Source: Meyerozyma guilliermondii (lineage: Eukaryota). From it: DNA of 64,000 nt. The notes beneath the pieces are model-generated. The model ran no database searches. It saw only the letters and a program-made list of their open reading frames with translations, and was not told the DNA's origin. A program made the translations under genes and the position numbers. Numbering within the stretch: position 1 is the first letter of the stretch; every line of letters starts with the position of its first letter. Location: positions 1,736,001 to 1,800,000 of the forward strand of contig CP128815.1 of assembly GCA_051546255.1 (NCBI GenBank). Direction: 5' to 3'. Below are positions 51,387 through 62,303 of this stretch, in pieces.

Positions 51387-52712
51387 CTATATCAATTCTA
51401 CATAATTGGCCGGGAAGATTCCCGTAACTCCGTTGTTGCGTCCCGTCCACCAGTCGTCGGTGGTATCAGACTTTTTCAAGATATCAATTACATCACCCTT
51501 CTTGAACGCCAAATCTCCGCTCTGTTCTCCCTTAAACGTGAACAAGGCAATTGCTTGTGTGGAATTGGCCTTGGCACTGCCACCAAAATTAGGTTTAGTA
51601 GTATCAGCAGGACGAGCAGGACCCCCACTAGATATGCGAGTCCCACCAAGACGTGACCCCAAACGATCCACATCTCTGTTGTCGTAAACGTCGTCTTCCC
51701 ATCCCGACCGTGAAGCAGACGCTTTGCGAGACATTCTGTTGGTGGAACCCCGCCCAGAGGTACGAGATGTTCCGTAATCGTCATCTGAATCGGAATAGTC
51801 TGAGTCGTACCTGCGACTGTTGCCACGAGCGTAGGAGTTGTTGCGCGAGCGTGGAGGGGAGCCAGAAGTGGTGGAAGAGAAATCATCAGGAATATCATCG
51901 TAATAATCGTCATTGTAAAAGTCGTCGTCTTCGTAGGGAGTTCGATTGCTGAACGCCCGGCTTTCCAATACTCTCATTAACGAGTCACACGCGGGAGGGA
52001 CCTCGACACGGCCCGCCAAAATTTGTGCTGCTTTACAGTTGTTGCCGTAAAACTTTCTGTTGGCCTCTCGACGCTCAAGGATGGCTGAACCCTCGAGAGA
52101 AACTCCGGCGAAAAGGCCCTTAGTTTTCGAATAAGCAAAGACCGCCGAGGCACTTTTCAACGACGCCGTACCTGCTGCCTCTGCGTTTCTTCCGAGAGGT
52201 CCTGCTGCCACCGAAATATTGGTACCCAAGGTCACCGACCCCATTTGAGCAAACGAGTCTACAGCAGCCTTGGAATTGAGAATAAACACAAAATCTGTGA
52301 GTTCGGCACCGATCTGGCCTCCCACTCCGGCTCCAGCAGTGACAATTGCCGAAGGAGCAGACCACGAACCGTCGGGAAGACGGGCGACAATCACACCGGA
52401 ACCGGCACGTCCAGAAAACAAAAAACCAGCTTTCAAAACGGTGATAATGGCAAGACCTTTGGCATTTTTAAGCACATGAGGAGGAATGATATCGTCAGGA
52501 CCTGCGATTTGATTGGGCTTTACAAAAGAAGCCAAAACTTTTGCTGCTTTTCTGAAGTTAGTATGCCAAGAAGTGATGAAGAAAGTGAATTATTAACGTA
52601 AAAGCTCGGTTCAAAGTTAGCCAAGAATATAAACCAGCTAGGCTTGTTCCGAATACACTACATACTTCGATTCGCTTCGCAAACTGCGAGGAATAGGATT
52701 ATTGATACCCAT
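51387..52712 (-). CDS. LSB3: SYLF-SH3 endocytic protein Ysc84/Lsb3; exon1 52712-52666, intron 52665-52552
   Basis: A 47-nt exon 1 (MGINNPIPRSLRSES) splices through GTATGT...TACTAAC.TTCAG in frame to KAAKVLASF. SYLF domain and C-terminal SH3 (WWTG...GIFPANYV). Confidence 0.93.
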
Positions 52713-53463
52713 GGAAATACGGAGTAATGATGGCGAAGTGTATACGAATGACACAAAACCGGAAGCGCTGGGGATCTCGGGGCTGTATGCACACCCATGA
52801 TTGCGAGAGAAGAAGGAGCAGTAAAAGAGGAAGGGGGAAGAAAGTGAAGTATAAGAGAATCAAGGAACAGGTAAGAAAGTGTAGACATACATTATCAGCT
52901 GCTTAGTATTATGGGTATGGTTTATGTGAGATAATTGCAATTGCACTACTTCGTTGCATTATTTGTAATATTCATTCACCCTTCCAAAGGCTAAAATTGA
53001 AGTTGGTTTGAATTTGAAGGTACCACCTCTAATACGCCTCTTGGTTTATTCCATACTCTAATTCAGGTGAATTGACCCCGCATTTATTTTATACCCACAA
53101 AAAATCTTATAGCTATCAGGCTCCGTATTTGAGATATATGGCTACTTCTTTGTTCAGTTTAAAATGATCCCAGTTTGTATTCAGAACACGGTGGATAGCT
53201 ATTTACTCAATTGAATTAAGAATCTCTTCGTTAAGCCAAAAACACTGAAACGATTGATTACTGATTATGGAACTTTGCCATAAAACCGCCATGCTGCAAA
53301 TCTGTAGAGCGGTGCAACATCCTGGAAAATATTCCAAAACCATTCCTAAATAGTATACTAAAAATATGATTCAATTATTTAGGTTCACTTGCTTTCCATG
53401 GTCAATTGCAACCGGTTTATTGTGCATTTTATAGTTTGTGAAAAAAATAGTTGTGAAAAAAAT

Positions 53464-53556
53464 GGGGCGAGCTGGGAATTGAACCCAGGGCCTCTCACAT
53501 GCTCAGCTTTCTCAAGCAAGCCCAAAGCGAGAATCATACCACTAGACCACACGCCC
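53464..53556 (-). tRNA. tRNA-Pro(TGG) with 21-nt intron (53500-53520)
   Basis: GGGCGTGTGGTCTAGTGGTATGATTCTCGCTTTGGG[cttgcttgagaaagctgagca]TGTGAGAGGCCCTGGGTTCAATTCCCAGCTCGCCCC followed by a T-run. Confidence 0.95.
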
Positions 53557-53950
53557 GAATGTGGTATGTTTTTTCCCCTGTACATTGAACACAAAACGCG
53601 AGCGGCCCATTTCCTCCCCACTCTGTTCTTTGCGAATCTTATTATGCGCGACTTGCCCTATTCAATCTCTTCGAAGCTAAGCGTACTGCATACCGCCTCT
53701 CCCGCGTACCGTCACGAAAAGATAGAAACGATATCGTAGCAAGACAAACTAAACGAGGGTATACTCGATCCATCAGCAAAACTGCAAATAATCATTTATC
53801 CCGCGCAGTTCCCTCGTCTTTGAATATTTATAAATCATACAGCTTTTGATTTAATCTCGAAAATCTTTACCCGCAAGGTTTTCCTTCTTTGTGCTGCCAC
53901 TCAAAACACAACCACCGGTACGTAGTTGCAATAGTCCCACACTCGTTATC

Positions 53951-55624
53951 ATGGGTGCCGTGTGTAGTTGTTTATCTCCTCGCCACGATGAGAAATATCT
54001 GCCATTATTATTGGCCGACAATGAAAGAGAGGCCATTAGTGCCCTTCTTCAATATCTTGAAAATAGAACCGATGTCGATTTTTTTAGCAATGGTCCATTA
54101 CGGGCTTTGAGCACTTTGGTGTACTCGGAAAATATCGATTTGCAACGCAGTGCTGCATTGGCGTTTGCGGAAATTACCGAGAAGGATGTACGAGAGGTCA
54201 ATAGGGATGTGTTGGAGCCTATTCTTATCCTTTTACAGAGCGCAGACTCCGAGGTACAGAGAGCTGCTTGTGGTGCATTGGGCAATCTTGCCGTAAACAA
54301 CGAAAACAAGACTCTCATTGTTGAAATGGGTGGACTTGAACCCTTAATTCGTCAAATGATGTCTACAAATATCGAAGTCCAGTGTAACGCTGTGGGTTGC
54401 ATAACAAACTTGGCTACACAGGATGATAACAAATCTAAAATTGCCAAGTCGGGAGCTCTAATTCCTCTCACTAAATTGGCCAAGTCAAAGGATATCAGAG
54501 TGCAACGCAATGCTACGGGTGCATTGTTAAATATGACCCATTCCGGTGAAAATCGTCAGGAATTGGTTAACGCAGGAGCAGTACCAGTGCTAGTCTCACT
54601 CTTATCAAACGAAGATGCTGATGTCCAATACTACTGTACTACTGCATTGTCCAATATTGCGGTAGATGAAATGAACAGAAAGAAACTTGCAACTACTGAA
54701 CCTAAATTGGTCTCTCAATTGGTCAACTTGATGGACTCTCCATCTCCTCGTGTTCAATGTCAAGCTACTCTTGCGTTGCGGAACTTGGCGTCTGACTCAG
54801 GTTATCAAGTGGAAATCGTTAGAGCCGGTGGCTTACCCCACTTGGTTCAGCTTTTAACCTGTAACCACCAACCATTGGTTCTTGCAGCTGTTGCATGTAT
54901 CCGCAATATTTCAATTCATCCGCTCAACGAAGCACTTATTATCGAAGCCGGCTTTTTGAAACCATTGGTTGGTTTATTAGACTTCACCGGCCTGGAAGAA
55001 ATTCAGTGTCATGCCGTCTCTACGCTTCGGAACTTAGCTGCATCGAGCGAAAGAAATAGAATGGCGTTATTGGCGGCAGGTGCAGTGGATAAATGTAAAG
55101 ATTTGGTGTTGAAGGTGCCTTTATCTGTCCAGCTGGAAATACTGGCTTGCTTCGCCATCTTAGCCCTTGCCGACGACTTGAAACCCAAACTTTATGAGAG
55201 CCAAATTTTAGAGGTATTGATACCTCTCACGTTCAGTGAAAACGGCGAGGTGTGTGGTAATTCAGCAGCTGCCCTTGCCAATTTATGCTCTAGAGTTTCG
55301 AACGAGCACAAGCAGTATATCTTGAATAACTGGTCACAACCAAATGAGGGTATTCATGGATTCTTGTTAAGATTCTTGCAAAGTGGGAGTGCCACGTTTG
55401 AGCATATTGCGTTGTGGACTATATTACAACTTTTGGAATCCAATAACACAGAAATCAATTCTTTAATCAAGGATAATGAAGCCATCCTGACTGGAATCAA
55501 GAAACTTAGTGCATCTCAACAGCAGCCAAATCAGCAAAACAATTCTGATCAAGTGGACCAATTTGATGATCCCAAGGTCGAATTGTACAACTTGACCCAA
55601 CAAATACTACAAATTCTTGGTTAG
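53951..55624 (+). CDS. VAC8: Vacuolar armadillo-repeat protein Vac8
   Basis: Start MGAVCSCL (myristoyl/palmitoyl motif) at 53951. Armadillo repeats; [18 protein letters not shown]. Confidence 0.97.
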   Translation: MGAVCSCLSPRHDEKYLPLLLADNEREAISALLQYLENRTDVDFFSNGPLRALSTLVYSENIDLQRSAALAFAEITEKDVREVNRDVLEPILILLQSADSEVQRAACGALGNLAVNNENKTLIVEMGGLEPLIRQMMSTNIEVQCNAVGCITNLATQDDNKSKIAKSGALIPLTKLAKSKDIRVQRNATGALLNMTHSGENRQELVNAGAVPVLVSLLSNEDADVQYYCTTALSNIAVDEMNRKKLATTEPKLVSQLVNLMDSPSPRVQCQATLALRNLASDSGYQVEIVRAGGLPHLVQLLTCNHQPLVLAAVACIRNISIHPLNEALIIEAGFLKPLVGLLDFTGLEEIQCHAVSTLRNLAASSERNRMALLAAGAVDKCKDLVLKVPLSVQLEILACFAILALADDLKPKLYESQILEVLIPLTFSENGEVCGNSAAALANLCSRVSNEHKQYILNNWSQPNEGIHGFLLRFLQSGSATFEHIALWTILQLLESNNTEINSLIKDNEAILTGIKKLSASQQQPNQQNNSDQVDQFDDPKVELYNLTQQILQILG

Positions 55625-55677
55625 ATTAGTTGAGAACTTCATTACGCTACATCTGAATATAATGCCATTGTTAGTAA

Positions 55678-57051
55678 TCACGCAAGCAAAGGTTCCTCTT
55701 TTTGCTGGGGTTCTTCGTTGTCAGAAAGTTGCAAATGTTCCATCTTGCTGGTTACATCGTTCTCTTTTGGAAGTGGCTCTGTAGCAGTTTTAGCTGGTTC
55801 AGCAGGATTCTGAGCATTGCTCTCCTTCGCTTCTTTCTGTTGAGCTTCTCGTTCCATCTCTTGCAACTCTTGTTCAATTTCGTCATCGCTTGCGTTTTGC
55901 GGTGCGCTTAAAGCATCTGTAATCTCATCAGTAGTTTGAATTTGCTCTTGAATATCTTCTTTGAGATTAAGGACTTGATCTATATCGATCTTGGATTGCA
56001 TGGATGTTAATGCCTTGGAACTTTGCGACAACAATTGGTATGTTGCAATGTTGTTGCTGCTGTCGTCGATCTTGTTGAGAATGGTAGATAATTGAATAGA
56101 GAGTTCTGAAGCATTTGTAAAAGATTTGGTGAGCAACCTTTTAGTGGACAATAAAGACTTGATTCTCTGTCGTGTGGTATCCTCATTCGTCTTCAATTGT
56201 TGCTGAAGTAAAGCTTTGATTGAATTCCTCGTAGATTCAATTTTCTCATGCAAGTATATTTCTCTCTTGGCAACTTTGAATGCATTATCTCTGAGATTGG
56301 CGATAGCAATATCTTCGCTTGTGATTTGCTCAAGCTTGAACTTGACTATAGCCTCATCAACGTCGCCAGCCAGCACATCGGCAGCCCTTTGAAGAAGACA
56401 CACTCTCTGGTCTCTGGACCAATATACCAAAAGTATCTCAAATTCAGCGGTATTAATATCCTTTCCCAAGAACTCCAGTATGTGCTGTCGTAGTAAATGA
56501 CCAGTGTAAATACAGTCAGAATAAACACCTTTAGTCATTTTTTCCTGGAGGTGCTTAAGTATATTGCTTCCCACCTCAACAAGCTGGTTCCATATAATGT
56601 ATCTCTCGTTCACTAGTTTACACTTGGAGTCCACAGATTTAAACTGACCAAAGCCCGCCAGGCTCATGATCCTAGAGAGAAGTACTCGTGGAGAAAATGA
56701 AGAGCTAGCGTCTTTCTTGAGACTAAATCTTGTCTGATGTGATACGAATTGTGAAGCTGGCACGATTGTTTCAGCGTCTAGCATTGCCTGGAGGACATCG
56801 CCAAGAGATCGAGGCTTTCCAAATTCTGCTAGGGAGAGAAAGTCCTCCAAACTGGGCTCATTGACAGGAAAGGAAAATAAACCAAAATAATTCTTCTTAG
56901 CCAAGGTTTGAAGGAGCGAGCTCCATGCGTATATATTAGCATCATAGCCCTCTGGATTCAATAGTTTGAGTTTGGAAAAGTCATTGTATAGCGACCGTAG
57001 TCGGGAAGGCGTAAAGCTCTTGTGGTTTCGTATCTCGTCTTCTATGGTCAT
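55678..57051 (-). CDS. CHM7: ESCRT-II/III chimera Chm7/Cmp7
   Basis: RL.SLY.DF..LK..NPEGY.AN..AW at the N-terminus and a Snf7-like C-terminus (DDEIEQELQEME). Confidence 0.8.
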   Translation of the reverse strand: MTIEDEIRNHKSFTPSRLRSLYNDFSKLKLLNPEGYDANIYAWSSLLQTLAKKNYFGLFSFPVNEPSLEDFLSLAEFGKPRSLGDVLQAMLDAETIVPASQFVSHQTRFSLKKDASSSFSPRVLLSRIMSLAGFGQFKSVDSKCKLVNERYIIWNQLVEVGSNILKHLQEKMTKGVYSDCIYTGHLLRQHILEFLGKDINTAEFEILLVYWSRDQRVCLLQRAADVLAGDVDEAIVKFKLEQITSEDIAIANLRDNAFKVAKREIYLHEKIESTRNSIKALLQQQLKTNEDTTRQRIKSLLSTKRLLTKSFTNASELSIQLSTILNKIDDSSNNIATYQLLSQSSKALTSMQSKIDIDQVLNLKEDIQEQIQTTDEITDALSAPQNASDDEIEQELQEMEREAQQKEAKESNAQNPAEPAKTATEPLPKENDVTSKMEHLQLSDNEEPQQKEEPLLA

Positions 57052-57069
57052 GGGGAGCCTCGCAGTTCA

Positions 57070-57138
57070 GATAAGTTTCGCAGACTTTAGTTTCGCAGAC
57101 TTAGTTTCGCAGACTTGATAAGTTTCCCAGACGATAAG
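57070..57138. repeat. Short tandem array of AGTTTCGCAGAC with interleaved GATAAG
   Basis: Units at 57074, 57089, 57103 and 57121 (last has one mismatch). GATAAG at 57070, 57117 and 57133. Confidence 0.85.
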
Positions 57139-57173
57139 AATGGGCTAATATACACTATTTACAGAAAATAAAT

Positions 57174-58163
57174 CTACTTGATGGACAACAGCTTGAGTCT
57201 ATCCAAGCTCTCCTGGTCTTCAATTTGGTCTCGCAATCCGTCAACCACATCTAAGATAGCGGTAGCAGCAGGTGAATCGGCGTAATTGTCGAAAAATGAA
57301 ACACCTTCGTCACAAGCTTTACCAATACGAGGGTCCAAGGGAACAGATCCAAGGAATGGAATCCCCAATTCCTTACAAAGTTGGCGTCCACCACCAGTGG
57401 TGGGCTTGAAAATTTGCGATTCTCCTTTACAATTGGGACACACGAAACCGGCCATATTTTCCACCAAACCCAAAATTTTGATATTGGCTTTCCGGCAAAA
57501 ATCGATCTCTTTGCGTACATCCAAGAGAGCAACTTCCTGTGGTGTGGTCACAATCAAGGCTCCATCTATGCCTGCTTCCTTCATGTAAGAAGTTACAGAT
57601 AAATGTTCATCAGATGTTCCTGGAGGTGTATCGACCACCAAGTAATCTAAATGATCTCCCCAGTTGACGTCCTTCAAGAACTGCTTTATGAGTCCGTTCT
57701 TCTTCGCTCCTCGCCATATAACGGCAGCGTCTGGATCAGGCAACATGAATGAGATGCTCATCAATCCAAGGTTATCAGCAACATAAACCGGAGATAATCC
57801 AAAATTGGACTCGTGCACGGTTTCACCTTCAGCCCCCAACATTCGTGGTAGTGAGGGACCGCATATATCTAGGTCCATAGCCCCAACTTCCAATTCTTCG
57901 TCTGCCGCTAAAGCCCATGAAAGCATGGAAGTGAAGGTCGATTTTCCAACTCCTCCTTTTCCACTAAGAACTAAAATCTTGTGATCTACAACCTCCAACC
58001 GTTTGTTGATCATGGGCATATCCGGATCAGGTCCCTTAGGCATTTGGGAAGCACATATACTTTGATTTGCGCAGCCGTTGCAAGCGTCATCTTTTCCAGC
58101 ATCTTCAGATTCGGGTCCTGGACAGTGTTCTGGCTCAGGATTGGGTAGTTCCTGAATAGGCAT
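57174..58163 (-). CDS. NBP35: Cytosolic Fe-S assembly P-loop NTPase Nbp35
   Basis: [43 protein letters not shown]. Start is 58163 or the in-frame ATG at 58262. Confidence 0.95.
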   Translation of the reverse strand: MPIQELPNPEPEHCPGPESEDAGKDDACNGCANQSICASQMPKGPDPDMPMINKRLEVVDHKILVLSGKGGVGKSTFTSMLSWALAADEELEVGAMDLDICGPSLPRMLGAEGETVHESNFGLSPVYVADNLGLMSISFMLPDPDAAVIWRGAKKNGLIKQFLKDVNWGDHLDYLVVDTPPGTSDEHLSVTSYMKEAGIDGALIVTTPQEVALLDVRKEIDFCRKANIKILGLVENMAGFVCPNCKGESQIFKPTTGGGRQLCKELGIPFLGSVPLDPRIGKACDEGVSFFDNYADSPAATAILDVVDGLRDQIEDQESLDRLKLLSIK

Positions 58164-58328
58164 AGTCAGTATGTTATGCTTGATGTGATTTGGGGTGGGA
58201 TTTGTGCGTAGTTTAATAAATATATGTTGTATTAGCTGATAAGAATCGTACTCGGAGGTCATCGGGCTTATTAATATGTATTGGTGTCCGGATGTAGTAT
58301 ACGACTTTTAGTATCCATTCCATATATC

Positions 58329-61300
58329 CTAGTTTGACGCCAAGCGGCATCTAAAGTAGTTTCTTTCGTTCTCACCTAAGCGTAGTGCCAATACACGGTC
58401 TCTGTAGTTAGATACCCGGGCATTGATAGCTGAGTCGCCCACTTTTCGCGATATCATCTTGAGAGCTACCAGCAGGCTGAAATTGTTCTCTCCACTAAAA
58501 TGGGGAATATTTGTGAGCAAATCGTTGATTGTCGAGTTCTCATCTCCAGTGCCATCTACCAAACTGATATACTTTGTGTAGAGACCTGCACCATGAGACC
58601 AAGTGGGCACAACAAAACCATTATCGGGGAACCGGCTAGTAAGATCTAAAAGCATAAGTTTCTTGCTTGGATCGTTGGAAACGACTGTTTCTGGTCCAAG
58701 ATGGTTAATTATACAATCATGCGCTGGGTTCCAAAGTTTGGCGCTGATGAAGGAGCGACATGCTTGCCAATAGTTTCCTTCATTTTGCGCACGGATGGCC
58801 GCTGCTTCATGAAGAAGTGCATCGGGAATGCAAAGCTCTCGCAACACCTGATCTTCAGTAGAGCTTGCTTGTTGCATGTAATTAATGACACATTGACGGA
58901 TTTTTGAGCGGCAGGTATCATCGTCATTGAGATGAGAATACACAAAAACTGCTTCACGCCAAAGCGAAAGCAGCTCCAAAACATCTCCCAATTCTGTCGA
59001 GAGCTGGTCTGTTTGGTGGCTTCCTCCAGACGTTAACACCAAGCTGAAGAGCCAAGCTTTTTCAATTTTCCAACCGGCTTTCTTTATCCAAGTGACTACG
59101 TCTTTTGTTCCGTTTTTAGTCGTGTGAACATACAAGCGTAGAATATCAAATGTATCATCTGCACCCACTTGGTTGCCGAATTGATCCACAACTTCACTGA
59201 TGATATCCACAAGTAGCTGAGAGTCACTGTAGAAGAATTTGGATGCTAACACTTGCTGCCATGAGCCATCGGTAATCGCCTTTGAATCACCACTCAAAAG
59301 CTTGTAGATTCGAAGTAGATTATGTGGAATCAAGGCCAATGCATCAGTGTCTTTCCACTCCGTTACTTGGTTCGAAGCAATGTTGCGAACAGCATCGTCA
59401 TTCGAGTCGACAAGAGTCAAAAGAACGGACAAATGAGGATTGGAAGATTCTTGAGCACAAATAACCGCACCTTTGATATCGCCAACGACTAAGCGATCAA
59501 TGATATTTTGAAAGCTATCTTGTGATTTTTCACTCTTTCTGTCAACAAGTGAAGACAAATGTTGAGACAACCAATCTTTGAATAAACCTCGTTGCTTTAA
59601 TAATTCTTGACGAGCAACAACGTCCATTTCCATCAAATCCAGTTCTACAGCGTACCTTTCGCGATCGAACAAAGCTGAAGCAAGGGCGAAATTATCGTCG
59701 TTTCCCAATTTGGCAAACGTAAGACCACCAGTATCAGTACAGCGAGGATAATCATTGTCCCTAGAGGTGATTTCGACATTCCCTATAAGATTGTCAATGA
59801 TAGAACTGAGTGACAGAAGTTCTTTGGGCACAGCCTTGGCGGTGGTTTTGGGACTTGATAAAGGAGTGGACATGGATTGGACAGCTTTCTGGTTAAACTC
59901 GACAAACAAAGAACGGTCTAATTTTTCCAATGCCAAGTCATGGTCAAAGCGACCTTTTGTGTCTTGCATTTCGTTTGCTGCAACATATGGCAGTATTGCC
60001 GAGGTGTAGTCATTTGCTAGTTCTAATTGCACCAACCAGTCACCGGATACAGCCAAATTTGGTTTATTTTGAATGCTCTCAAATGCTGCATCGTTTGTAA
60101 TTTGTGGTTCAAACGCTTTTTCTTGGACAATGTCATCCATATTCTGATTGCTGGGAAGAATACTCACCAAATTCTTAAGATAGTCAACATCATTTTTCTT
60201 GTCTCCACTTGACTTCAAAACTTCGACTGGAAGCAAACCTGGAGACGGAGGAGCACTTTGGTCCAGCTCAATGGTAATCTCACTGACCTGCTCACTCAAT
60301 TTACGAGCCTTCCTGTCATCCTCATACACTTTCAAATGGTTGTCAATTTCATCAGCTACCAACTGCCGTTTGATGTTAATGGGACTGCTGGTGCTGAAAT
60401 GATTATGCTTCCATCCGCCAGGAACGCCCCGAGTATAGTTTGAAAGCTTTTGATTTCTGAGCTCCTTATTATATCTCTTGTCTTCGTATACTTTTGAATA
60501 ATCCAACACCGAGTTATTTTCTTCTTGAAACCTTTTTGGGGCCGTTCCAGCATCAGCTTCCTCTTCATTATCGTCTACCAAACCCCATATACTGAAATGT
60601 TTTACCTTGAATGTCCAAACATAAGTTATAGGGTCGTAATTGACAAACTCCATTCCCAGCTGACGCTTTAAAAGCTTTATATATGCGGTAGTTGAGGTAC
60701 CGTCCTTGGGCTTCATTTTTTCGAGAGTAATAGTAGCGGGTATGTTCAAGCCAAAACCAACAGGCGGTTTTTCTTCTGAGTTCTCATACACTATGACATG
60801 TTTCTCGAGTATTTGTACAATATTGCCAAATAAAGATTCAGCAATGGAAGGTCCTTCAGATCTAGCGTTCTCCGCGATACTTGACAAGTCAACGGGAAAG
60901 TTGAAAGCTATTTGACCGTATCCTTTTCTACCAATGATGAAGTTTTCAACGTTCGAAAGATCTTCGAGCTTCATATTTTCGAGCTCTGCAATGCTAGGTG
61001 TACACCAGTAACCATCTGGTGATTCAGAGGGCAGGCCGTTCTGAGCTTGTGATTTGAATGCTTCTCCTTCAAAGGTTGACTTTCCATTTGAAGCCTCATC
61101 AGATAGTCTTTCATTAGTGGTTATTCTGTAAGGAAATCTTTTAGTTGCTTCATTCACAGACAAATCTTCTTCATCGGAGCTCGAAAGATCATCCTCGACA
61201 GCTTTGGTAGATGCTGAAGCGGTCCAAGAACTCACTATACGTCTCCTCTTGGGCTTGAAAACCTTGTCTGTATCAATTAAATGAAACTTCACTGGCTTGG

Positions 61301-62048
61301 AAGCTATGACCAAGCGTTTGACGTCGCCAATTGAACGGTTTTCCAACGAAGTGTAACTGCGCCTATAGTTTTTGTCCTTTAGAGAGGAATGCTTGATGAG
61401 TTTGCTCTTTTGTGTAGGTGGCTCAATGTAATCCGGTGAGCTGAAAATCCCAGAAGATGGAGCACTTTTGGTCTTGGCCTCGTACAGAAAGATGTTGAAT
61501 ACTTGGCCAAGTTTTGAAAGCAATGACGACTTGGGTGGCTCGCTAGACTTTTCCAAGTAAGAGAATTTCCTTTTCTTTTCTGGTTGAGTTTGATCTACTT
61601 CGTCACCAAAAACAGACTGAGTAATGGATTGTGGCATTGATGCTTCCTGGCGTTTGACGCCGGAGATGACGTTGTTGAAATTATACGGACTTGGTCCATT
61701 TTGTTGGTTGTTGGCAAGTCCCGAAGCAGTCAGAGTATTTGTAGAAAGGGCATTATTGGCCGCTGAAAACAATCCTCCAGAATTCAGAGCGTTTGTGGAA
61801 GCTTGCAGTCCGTTTGTGGCGTTTGTGTTGCTGGATCCAAATAATGAGGTATTAGCGCCTAAGCCAGAGTTATTGGAAGTAGAATTTTTGCCAAAAAGAT
61901 TGGATGTTGATGAATTTCCAAATAAACCTCCGCCAGAAGAGGCGGGAGTCTTTCCAAATAACCCTGAAGATGTACCGTTAGGATTGGAGAAGCCGGTAGC
62001 TGCGTTCCAATTATTACCTTGCGATGAAGTGCCAGTTGGCCCAAACAT
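58329..62048 (-). CDS. NUP145: Nup98-96-type autoproteolytic nucleoporin
   Basis: N-terminal GLFG repeats, GYW..PS, autoproteolysis site VKHF/SIWGL, Nup96-like C-terminal half. Adjacent to NBP35, as in S. cerevisiae. Confidence 0.92.
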   Translation of the reverse strand: MFGPTGTSSQGNNWNAATGFSNPNGTSSGLFGKTPASSGGGLFGNSSTSNLFGKNSTSNNSGLGANTSLFGSSNTNATNGLQASTNALNSGGLFSAANNALSTNTLTASGLANNQQNGPSPYNFNNVISGVKRQEASMPQSITQSVFGDEVDQTQPEKKRKFSYLEKSSEPPKSSLLSKLGQVFNIFLYEAKTKSAPSSGIFSSPDYIEPPTQKSKLIKHSSLKDKNYRRSYTSLENRSIGDVKRLVIASKPVKFHLIDTDKVFKPKRRRIVSSWTASASTKAVEDDLSSSDEEDLSVNEATKRFPYRITTNERLSDEASNGKSTFEGEAFKSQAQNGLPSESPDGYWCTPSIAELENMKLEDLSNVENFIIGRKGYGQIAFNFPVDLSSIAENARSEGPSIAESLFGNIVQILEKHVIVYENSEEKPPVGFGLNIPATITLEKMKPKDGTSTTAYIKLLKRQLGMEFVNYDPITYVWTFKVKHFSIWGLVDDNEEEADAGTAPKRFQEENNSVLDYSKVYEDKRYNKELRNQKLSNYTRGVPGGWKHNHFSTSSPINIKRQLVADEIDNHLKVYEDDRKARKLSEQVSEITIELDQSAPPSPGLLPVEVLKSSGDKKNDVDYLKNLVSILPSNQNMDDIVQEKAFEPQITNDAAFESIQNKPNLAVSGDWLVQLELANDYTSAILPYVAANEMQDTKGRFDHDLALEKLDRSLFVEFNQKAVQSMSTPLSSPKTTAKAVPKELLSLSSIIDNLIGNVEITSRDNDYPRCTDTGGLTFAKLGNDDNFALASALFDRERYAVELDLMEMDVVARQELLKQRGLFKDWLSQHLSSLVDRKSEKSQDSFQNIIDRLVVGDIKGAVICAQESSNPHLSVLLTLVDSNDDAVRNIASNQVTEWKDTDALALIPHNLLRIYKLLSGDSKAITDGSWQQVLASKFFYSDSQLLVDIISEVVDQFGNQVGADDTFDILRLYVHTTKNGTKDVVTWIKKAGWKIEKAWLFSLVLTSGGSHQTDQLSTELGDVLELLSLWREAVFVYSHLNDDDTCRSKIRQCVINYMQQASSTEDQVLRELCIPDALLHEAAAIRAQNEGNYWQACRSFISAKLWNPAHDCIINHLGPETVVSNDPSKKLMLLDLTSRFPDNGFVVPTWSHGAGLYTKYISLVDGTGDENSTINDLLTNIPHFSGENNFSLLVALKMISRKVGDSAINARVSNYRDRVLALRLGENERNYFRCRLASN

Positions 62049-62303
62049 TATACGACGAAAAATGTAAAATCACGCAAAATAGCGAGGACTGTAGGTCCTA
62101 TATGCGTGTTGATCAGATACAAAGTACTGAAAACGGGGAGTTGACACAAAATTGTTTGTTTTTTATACGTCGTAGTTCCAATGTCTTGAAAGAACGAACA
62201 TCAAAATATCAACATTTTCGTGATAGATGCAGGACTGGAAGAAGAGAGGATTCAAAGAGACATAACTATGATGGATTCGTATATGGTTTATGTAGATACG
62301 GAA

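Noticed and set aside
52885..52890. Second GTATGT upstream of LSB3
   Set aside because: No branch point lies before the ATG, and joining it to the known acceptor gives ATA rather than ATG.
57070..57138. CRISPR-like reading of the short repeat array
   Set aside because: Eukaryotic context, 12-nt units, no unique spacers and no cas genes.
3481..58163. Fe-S/sulfur gene cluster (NFU1, CYS3, GSH2, KTI11, NBP35)
   Set aside because: The genes are scattered among unrelated housekeeping genes; ancestral yeast synteny explains the arrangement.
58151..58251. Possible NBP35 intron (GTACGA...TACTGAC...TTCAG)
   Set aside because: Splicing from the upstream ATG would shift the frame, and the unspliced frame is already open with a usable ATG at 58163.
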